From: Lingula anatina
Lineage: Eukaryota > Animalia > Brachiopoda
Reading direction: 5' to 3'
NCBI GenBank assembly: GCA_051362555.1
Contig: CM120647.1
Location: 17,088,651 to 17,152,650, forward strand
DNA length: 64,000 bases
Shown: piece after piece, positions 55,144 to 64,000 of the stretch
Layout: each line of letters begins with the position of its first letter
How positions within the stretch are numbered: the stretch's first letter is position 1
Made by a program: the position numbers and the translations under genes
Notes under the pieces: generated by a model
Seen by the model: only the letters and a program-made list of their open reading frames with translations
Database searches by the model: none
Told to the model about the DNA's origin: nothing

Positions 55144-58100
55144 ATGCAAATACATGTACGAATATGCACCGACACAACATGCATATTTATGAATAACATC
55201 ATTATTAGGGTATAGCGATTATCATAGTCGTCCTACCACCATCATCTCACCTGCGCCTTATAGACGTCTATGAACATTGTTGAGATACACTGCATCTGGC
55301 CATCGGCTAGCTCCATCTCTTGAAATAATATTAGGGTGGGTGTGGCCAAAATGGCGGCCATAACCCACGCGGTGACCACGAGTATGACTGCACGTCGACC
55401 TGATAAAAAGAGATAATTGTTATTATTAGGGTAGGGTTAATAATAACTTTTTTATGGAAATCTCTTAAGGAACAGGTGATTTTAGAGGCAAAATGGGCCA
55501 AAAAGTTCATTTCTGATGAGAAATTAGAGCTAGGAGCACTCTTTAGGTCGGTTATTTTACTATTTTTGGAAACGCAAACAAAGCATATGTACTACATATA
55601 CAGTAACTGTAGTAATTATATGCATATGTATAATTGTATTGAAAAGGGTTGAGTGAAGCACAAATTTCTGATAAGTGAGTGTTTTCTATGGAAGAAAATG
55701 ATGCTAAACACACATGTGCAACTATTTTTTCTGACAATATTTAGGTTGGTAAAATGACAATTTTCAAAATGGCGGAGAAAACGCCCTAACAATAGTTTCA
55801 ACATCAACAATTAAAGGACCCATAGTTTGTAATATGCCTTTTCTTCCATTTCAAAGGTTGTAAAATATTCTTCTTATGTTAACACTGCCATTGTTACATT
55901 TTAAATGGAGTTTGGTCACCTTGTTGGTTGAAAGTTTACTGTCAAGCTTGACAGAAGAGCCAGATCTCAGTCAGTCAAAACGAAGAGTGGTAAGTTCTGC
56001 TGGATGTGAATTATGAGAAAGAATCATAGTTATGGTGACCTCAGGCAACCAAAGGGTGAATGTCTTTAAAAAGAGATGAATGGAATATTTTTGTTCTGCG
56101 CGTAAGAAGCCGGGGAAGCAATCACTACCATGTACTGAGACCAACAAAGAAGTTGCCAGAGAAATATCCAATGTCTGGATGTCCAAGAACATTCTTTGAG
56201 AATATTTCAACAGAATAACTGCATATTGAGGCTACATATAAAAAGCATTGTACTTATACACGATGAATCTTATATTATAAACACTCTTTGTCACGTTTTG
56301 ATTGAAATCTTTCACTTTCGTATATCATCACTTTTAATCCTTGCACTTCACAACGGTTAATGCTTCATAACTTCCCAAATATATCATAATCCAACATACT
56401 TCTGTTGGGAATGTACTTCTCAAAGATAGGAAAAAATAATTTTGGAGATTCAGGTATTGGGGATTTCCTTGGCAACTGCTTTGCTAGCCTCAGCTTATGA
56501 TAGGGATGTCTTCCGGCTTCATACATGTAAAACAAAAGTGTATCATCCATCCTATTGAAATAATTTAGAAAAATGTTCACTTTATGGTAAGGTTAATTGA
56601 TTCTTCACTATAATTTCCATCCAAAAGATCTTGGGAAATCTTATCACTCCTCATTTTGATTGATGAAGGTGACTGAGGTGGTTCAACTCCCCGTTTTCGA
56701 AGATTCTGGCTCTTCACTCCAGCAGGACAGTTAACTGTCAGCTGACATGGCAACTGAACTTACTGTAAAATGTACCAATCTCAGTATTAACACCAGAAAT
56801 GGATACTACAACCCCAAAAACATAAAAAAGACATATGATACACTATAGGACCTCTAATCGTTGTTGATGAAACAAGGTGGGCCGTTTTGGCTGCCATTTT
56901 GAAAATTGTCATTTTATCGGCCTTAATAATTGTTTTAAAAAAAGATTGTCAGATTTGTGTTTAGCATCAAATTTCGCCTCAGAAAATACCTGTTATGGAA
57001 TTTCCTTGAGATTTACCCTACCCTATTATTATGGTTACATTTTGCTATCTTAAAGACCTCGTGTTTATTGGTTCTTGTAATTGAGATGGAGACTGGTGAG
57101 TTTTTCTCTTAGCAATTGAAATGTATTTTTTTAAAGCTTGAAACTCGTGACAGGAGGCTTACTGATCGTAATAGGCTTAATGATTTTAATGGGATTAACT
57201 TTGTTCATTAAAAGGAAGTTGTTGGGATTTCCAGGGTTTGTTTTCGACTTTCTTTCATCGTGTATTGTGTGCTTGTATGAATAAAGATTTTGTTAAATAT
57301 TACCAAGATTTAGCAACATTAAGATATATACATCTTTATATTTCACAGAATACTGGTTTATCTTGGGACCAAAAAAAGGCTGAAATTTTGATATAAAATT
57401 TAAGATCAGTTTTCTGGAAAACATTTATTGCAAAGTATCGCTCAGGTATTTAAAACAGGTCAGTGACAAACCAGAAATCATTCTAATTTTCTTTTGCGAT
57501 GTTTCTATTATCTATTTTTTAATCCTGTCCGGATATTTACAGTTACAGTAAAATCAGTCCTATTTTTATAAATCTCCTTGAATCTTGACGCATAAACAAA
57601 CCGCGTTGACATAAAGATCGAAATTTTGTCAATAATTACTGGTGCAATCTTAATGTCAGCGTGTTGCTTTCAAATGTCACCAGTAAATCTTGGTGATGCA
57701 ACCGTCTAGCGCACGCCAGCAGAGGCACATATACTGTTAGCCTATAAGACACTCGGTGGCACTTAGTGACGTCATACCAGACAAGTGTCAGAAACCACAC
57801 AGTGCGGGGTGCGCATTAAAGCAGAAGGGTTGAAATCCTATGCACTGAGAATACTGCACAAAAGTCACATACGCAACATGGTGGCTTTGTACCGCTGCGC
57901 TGGAGACTGCAATTCATCAAAATGTACGAAAACAGTAGACTATAATCAGGAAAAAAATTATCAGTGGGTGATTTCTGTCAGCTTTTTTTTTTTTTTTTTT
58001 TTTTTTTTGTTGTTGTCGGAGCGAAATCGCCGTTCTGCCACTATTTATAATTCCACTCTCCCCCAAATCCTGCTAAATATCGCTTAATTTTTTCGCTAAT

Positions 58101-61100
58101 TTGAGAGATTCCCACAAACTCGGCGGGCGATGCTTATTACATTTATAAAGATACGGCAACCAAGCAGGATAATTGTCAACTCGAAATACATTTGAAAGAA
58201 ATCCCCAAAATTGGCATTGAGAATGATCTTGTCAAAGTAATAACATGTGATGGCAAAATCAATCAGTCAAGAAGATAAATCCCATGCTGCTCTCCGCAGT
58301 TAACCTTCGACGCCATTATTTTTATCCTAAAGAAGATGTACTCTTGGTAAAAGAGATGATGTACTCTCACCGTGACAAATGTCAGAGAACGTTTGGTGGA
58401 TATGTTGGGTCTGTTAGTCTAGAAAAGGCCTCTCTCAATCCGGATCTGAACCCGACGAAAGGTGTTGGTGCGGCAACTGCCTGTCCATGATCTCCGTTTT
58501 CAATTAAGTTCCATTTAGAATTCTTTTATCTTTTAAATTTATGACAAAAAGGTTTTACGTGTCTTCTTTTGTGGGTTCTTTGATTTATTATCAAGGCATA
58601 ACTTGAACACTCGGTGGTATTTTGGTGCCAGTTATACAATAAAACAAAACGTTGGTCTTGAAAAGGCCATACGCCAGTAAACTTGGACACTTTTTTCCAA
58701 GATAAATTATTAAAAGTCCACCTGTAAGGGGGATTCTTGAGTGAAATTGACTCCTAACACGTCCTTAAAAAATAGTGTTTATTATTATTATTATCATTTT
58801 TATTATTTTATTTTATTTTTTTGAAAATGCTGGCACTAACCGCTCTATACGGCAACTTACCTTTGGTGATGAATTTCATGGGGCACAATATAGCGTCCAG
58901 GCGGTCTATGCTCATTGAAACGATGATGTAGGTAGAGCCATAAGCGGATAGCACCTATAAACATAAAGAAATAAAAAAATAACAGTACATGGATAGGGCT
59001 AAGATAAAGGTGAGATTGAAATCAACTGTCACACTGGACCTTACGAAATCCAGTGTCAATTTTCATCTTTGTCTTTGTTTAAAACAACTTGAGGGATAAA
59101 ACACTTTGAAGTTAAATTATAGAACTTCAGTGCTTTACCTCGTAAATATGAAACTCATGTCACCTCAGGCAACATGAGGCGTCAGTTGTTTTCAAAAGCG
59201 ATATGTGCGGCATCAAGGTTTCACCTTTCATTGAGAGAAGAAAGTACTGAGAGATGCAACTTAGTCGTGTCCAAGTGATACTGGAGCTGGGATAACAACT
59301 CGTCGTATGAGATCCATATTTCAAAATGAAAAATAATTCATTATAAACAACTCACAGAAATATAAAAAGCATTCTGTTTTACCACGAAGACGGCGGTTTT
59401 CGCAATTATTCTGGAATTTGTTCTTGCCATCGGGCCCCGTGACCTCCACAGATGGCTACTCTCTGTAATTATCTCTTAAGATATTTTTACATAAAAAAGA
59501 GAAAACAAACTTTTGAGATAAAAACCAGGGATTATCTTTGAAAGTTGGAACGCATTCATTAACCATTGGTTAGTATGGGAAAATTGACTTCAGCCCTAGG
59601 AAAATCCATTTTATTGGGGCGAAAAGGACAGTTATTATCCCTTAAAACTTCAGACAGTTCGCTAGCGAAAATAAAAAGCGTAATAGATTGTGTCCTAATG
59701 ACAATTTGCGACGACAGTCGATAATGTCGTTCTAATACAAGTTTTGGATCATTAGTGCTGTGTACTTCGTGTCGCCCTTTTCAAGTGAAATAACTCGGTG
59801 TATGTCGCAGAAAGACAGCATGGCGACAACTCCGAACCAAGGGCAGCAAATATAATCATGTTTCCGAGTCGTTTCAGTTAAAGTGAATAGCTTGCCGTTT
59901 CGCTGGCTTAATGTGAAAAGAAATTTTAATTCGTTGAACGCCATGCTTGGAATCACTACGTGAATCTTCGTTGTGTTTTTTTTTTTTTTTCTGGGTGAGA
60001 AATATCGAATTACAGTGATGTGACTGGTCTGTAAACTTGGCTGGGGGGGTCCGGAGCGAACCATTTTATATCACTTCCCGAACTTCAAAGATACATAAGA
60101 AGCAAAAGTAAATAATATGCATCTTACAATTTCTTACAGAACACAAACAAAATCCACAAAAAGAGCAAATACAAAAAGAAGGAAAAAAGTACAGGCAACA
60201 GGAAAAGATAGTAAAACTGCATTTCAAAAAAGACAGTCAAACTGCATTTTCTTTAAATTCAGTCGTAAATTTGACCTATTTATTGCCACTCCAGCCCGAA
60301 AAGCACTAAAAGTCAACATATATAATATCTGTGTGATTTTTGCTTGTCAAGACATCAAGTAATGAAACTCTGTGCTGTTTCTTGAAGCCATACTAACATT
60401 GGCATTTTGTCAGTCTTAGTTGCGATGATTTGATTTTAGTAATCACTGGACATGCATCTCACGTTTATGGCTAGTCTGCATCGTATTATTAAGATATGCA
60501 AATGAAAACCATATTGTTTTGGTCAGGCACATAATGAGCCCACTCTAAAGAGAAGAAATGAGCCTGGCATAACAGGTCGGCTCCGTGGTGTAGCGGTTAT
60601 CACATCTGCCTAACACGCAGAAGGTCCCCGGTTCGATCCCGGGCGGAACCACTATTTCTTTTTTATTTTATACCACTTTCCGAAATTCAGTTCTTGGCCT
60701 GTGAAACAGGAATGGAAGTCCGCTAGGAACCGTAGTCCGCTTCCCATAATTTTGCACAGGTGACATTCGCCCCATATACTAACCCCAATATTCCAACTAA
60801 CCCTAACCGGTACTAATCATATTGGAGCCCGGACTTCCATTCATGTTACACCAAAAAAAGGACCAGATCTTTATCAAGATTTGATCTAGCTTCTGCCGAC
60901 GTTTTTTCGCCATTTGTCTTTCGCCATTAGTCTGAATGACTTCTTGTGACATACATTATTTTCAGACTTATTAGTTTTTTTTAAGTACTAACACTTTGTG
61001 AGAGACACCACGTCTTGATCTATCGTCTGCAACGTCCGGCGTTGTGTAAGTGAAAGAAGAACCGACTAATCCGCATATGGTCTCCCCGCCTCCACGGATC

Positions 61101-61548
61101 CGCAGATCAAATATGGCCGACCCACTTGAATACTTGTTGCGTAATCCCCGCGGGGAATCTATTCAGTGTCTAATAGGGAATCAAGCTGCAAGCTTTTTAG
61201 TGGGTCGCCATATTTGATCCGTGGATGTGTTATTCCGCTGTTCTGTATGCTCTCTAACACATACAAATTAGATGCACTGTGTTCCCTCGTTTGTACATTT
61301 GTCATACACAACACCTGGCGACATTGAAACGCACCTGCTGCTAACCGTCTTAATGATCAAAATACACGTGAAACATATGTAAATGACTTTAAATCACCAT
61401 TTTATTCACTTTATAGTGACACTCACTGTTCACAGAACACTTACCTGCATGAACTTGTATAGTTTACAAAGTCCGTCCGTCCCGTGCCATATCACCGTGA
61501 CTCTGTGGATTAGATCCGGCAAGACGTAAAACGCCGCCATGGACAGGT
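50193..61548 (-). CDS. CCAP / neuropeptide-S-type (vasopressin-related) rhodopsin GPCR, TM2 to C-terminus; 5' end not found in window
   Basis: Exons 61445-61548 (DLSMAAFYVLPDLIHRVTVIWHGTDGLCKLYKFMQ), 58861-58954 (YGSTYIIVSMSIDRLDAILCPMKF), 55251-55399, 54600-54759, 51969-52085 (SSSGLVPHARMRAIKMTFVIVI), 50762-50939 (FLVCWSPYF...FIQSCAPLNGLLNPIIY), 50193-50310; phases consistent. Confidence 0.9.
51091..51327. mobile_element. PIF/Harbinger-like MITE, family 2
   Basis: GGGTTCATT...AATGAGCCC termini; internal match to 24705 and 62171. Confidence 0.72.
51715..51918. mobile_element. Diverged Harbinger-like MITE related to family 1
   Basis: GGACCATTCCCAGA...GATCTATC...AGTAGGCGTGA...TATGGGAAC, resembling 7070 and 62323. 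Confidence 0.55.
55427..57025. mobile_element. ~1.6-kb TIR DNA element with subterminal inverted repeats
   Basis: TAGGGTAGGGT(T/A)AA termini, TTATTAT on both flanks; ~100-bp inverted pair 55695-55788 / 56879-56975 containing CAAAATGGC/GCCATTTTG. Confidence 0.75.
60579..60651 (+). tRNA. tRNA-Val-AAC: tRNA-Val (anticodon AAC)
   Basis: GGCTCCGTGGTGTAGCGGTTATCACATCTGCCTAACACGCAGAAGGTCCCCGGTTCGATCCCGGGCGGAACCA: full cloverleaf, anticodon stem TCTGC/GCAGA, T-run terminator ~8 nt downstream. Confidence 0.95.
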
Positions 61549-61582
61549 CTGAAATTAGGATTTAAGCAGATATAGATCATTT

Positions 61583-61618
<36 letters not shown>

Positions 61619-62170
61619 AAAGCTCAAACACACACACTCAAAAAAAAAAAACTCTCTCATCTGCAAAACAAGTAGAATGGCTTGGAGAGAGGGACCGGGG
61701 TATTTGGCCTTCCAAACTATATAAATAGTGTCTAACACGTACAGTTCTGGGAATTTCAGATGTACATGTAGAAACATAATTACTTTTCTCTAAAAAGCGA
61801 TGTTATCGATCCACAGTTCATATTTAATAACGTTTCCGAAGGAATTACAGGTATGTAAGAGATGAAATAATTACACAGCTTTCTGAATGTCTTTCACTGG
61901 GTTCCCATACCTAGATCGATCTAACAGGAAGTACTGAAGCTGCTAAACGTAAATTAATTACCCGCAAGCAGCTTTAGTATGCGTGTCATACATCTAAGCC
62001 ACTTAAGTTGATAGAACGATCCCCGATAGGGACTGGGAATGTTCCCTTTAACATGCCTGACAGCAATGGCTATTGCCAGAGAGGGAGATTCACGCGTCCT
62101 ACCACCAAAACAAAAAATAAAATAAAACACGACCAAGGTTTGTTTATATTTACATGGCACGTGATACATA

Positions 62171-62629
62171 GGGCTCATTCCCAATGAACATAGCGTTCCA
62201 CGAAGATCGATCCAACTCCGCGGAGACTCTCACTAAATGCAATTAGAGTAAGAGGTCAACGCGCCTCCCCTTGTTTCCAACGTACTCGAATAATCTGTAT
62301 TCTATTCAGTGGAGGTGTATAAGGGACCATTTCCACAGATATTTGGATCGATCTATCTCCACGGGTAGTCTCAGTAAATTGCTATCTGCTATCGGCGAGG
62401 CCGAGCAAGAAAGTTAATTACCCCCCTAGCTGATTCGGTAGGCGTGACCGACATTTTAGCCTCTTAAGCTGATAACAATTTGGCGTGCATCCCCAGGGAG
62501 TTAGGTCGATCCAAATGGATCGATCTAAGCATGGGAACCCAGTCTTAATCTGTTAATGTGATTGCAATCAGCGGGAGTCCTCGCGGAGTTGGACTGGACT
62601 GGAAAGATGGTTACATTGGGAATGGGCCC
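62171..62629. mobile_element. Harbinger-like family 2 MITE carrying a nested family 1 MITE (62323-62545)
   Basis: Outer TIRs GGGCTCATTCCCAATG / CATTGGGAATGGGCCC; inner element flanked by TAA and matching 9135-9349. Confidence 0.82.
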
Positions 62630-64000
62630 TAAGAATGGATCCCTACCAGGACACTACAGACTTGAAGCCCCGGTGGTTGACAGCATACATTCACTGACGG
62701 TTACATGATATCGCTAGGAGGCGGATGCCTTGCCAAATATAAAACAGTCACCATTTCTTTGAAGCAGAACAATTTATCCATTCCTGCCCCACGCATATAT
62801 TCAATGTAATCATTGTTTGTGATGGATAATGTGGAAAATCGTTATTTTCTAATATCAATTTTTTCTTAAGTTCTTATGTATATATTTCCCTCTTTGTTCA
62901 AAAGAGAAGTCAGATTTATATGCATTTGACTTTATTTCCTTAGCTTTGGGTCAAATAGCTCATCAGTCTTACTAATACAGCAGTTCCAATACAAGAGACG
63001 TCAATGTATTGCTAGGCTTAGGAGTTGACATTCCATTACGCCAGTAAATCGGATAAATATCTGATTAAGAAATAGAACGATATAGTGCCTTATGCAGAAC
63101 ACTGGCAAACTTCTGCAGTGCTGTCAAACCCGAGGAGTTAAAAAAGCCACATTGCGAGTCTAAACGCTCCGTTCCTGGCCTGTACTTTGAGTGTGATTAA
63201 ATGATGTCTACGAAAAGTGAGATGTTAAATTAATATGCTAGCCAGAAGAAGATCCCCGGCTTGTGGTGATTTATTGATTGAAATGGTGCACTTAATGTCA
63301 ACATACTTCCCACGTCTTCAACAGCAATGTGCAAATGAAAAAGTAAATCCCGGTGAGACAGAAATGGTGGCCTTATAAAAGGAAGTCCGGGGACGTCCCC
63401 TATGGTTAGCACAGGCTACGGTTAACAGGAAATATAGTGCGAATATACGATAAAATGAGGAACGACAATAGGTTTTCTTAGCGGACTGGATTTCCTTCCA
63501 AATTTAAACTCATTCAAGCTTCAGTATCTTTTAACGGTCGATTTATCCCTTTGAGGTTGCATAATTCAAACGCACGAAGAAGATTGTGCGTTAACCCTAA
63601 GAGTAGGTCTATCGAGAGCGTATCCCTTTTGATTTTCTATAGGGTCCCACGTCATGTGGGAAAGATCGAGTCCCCTGTGTTACAGGTCCAGTACTAGTTT
63701 TCAATTGATGTGTCTTAGATTTTGACCCGTTTACGTCACGCTAACCCTAACCTGTATTAATTGCCATGGGACGCAGGCTATCTGTTACCACATCTGCAGT
63801 TCTTAACGCCGGCGACCGTTCTCACGATTTACTTTTTATTAAGAATCAGCATGTTATTGCTGAATTTCAAGAAAAAAAAGAAACAAAAATATCGAGGTTC
63901 TTTTGAAAACCTATGGAAAAAATCATTGGCCATACTGGGTCACTAAATTCACACGTTCAGAAAAATCTAACAGTTAAAATACTACTGGCCACGCACGTAG

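Noticed and set aside
61549-64000. TM1 exon of the GPCR
   Set aside because: No exon with a TM1 GN motif and matching phase-1 donor found; presumably beyond the window.

Overview
AT-rich, microsatellite-rich, intron-containing genomic DNA from an invertebrate animal. The six-frame ORF track is mostly uninformative, so genes were assembled by hand from splice sites. Left to right: (1) a ~1.42-kb tandem array carrying a tRNA-derived Pol III/SINE-like module; (2) two tandem 14-exon SLC18B1-like MFS transporter genes (minus strand), the left one with a duplicated first exon and a 3.75-kb P-superfamily TIR transposon inserted 72 bp upstream of the distal ATG; (3) a small gene absent as a unit from the ORF track, encoding a ~52-aa secreted precursor of an 8-cysteine peptide, followed by a second prepropeptide-like small ORF; (4) three tandem CHST11-like carbohydrate sulfotransferase genes (plus strand) in ~5.6-kb duplication units; (5) the last seven exons of a CCAP/neuropeptide-S-type GPCR (minus strand) with an intronic tRNA-Val(AAC). 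Many MITEs are present (PIF/Harbinger-like, Ginger1-like, hAT-like, Academ-like), several confirmed by empty sites in paralogous copies. The best candidate for an undescribed system is the cysteine-rich peptide locus at 30.1-31.9 kb. All family assignments come from motif recognition by eye, not database searches.
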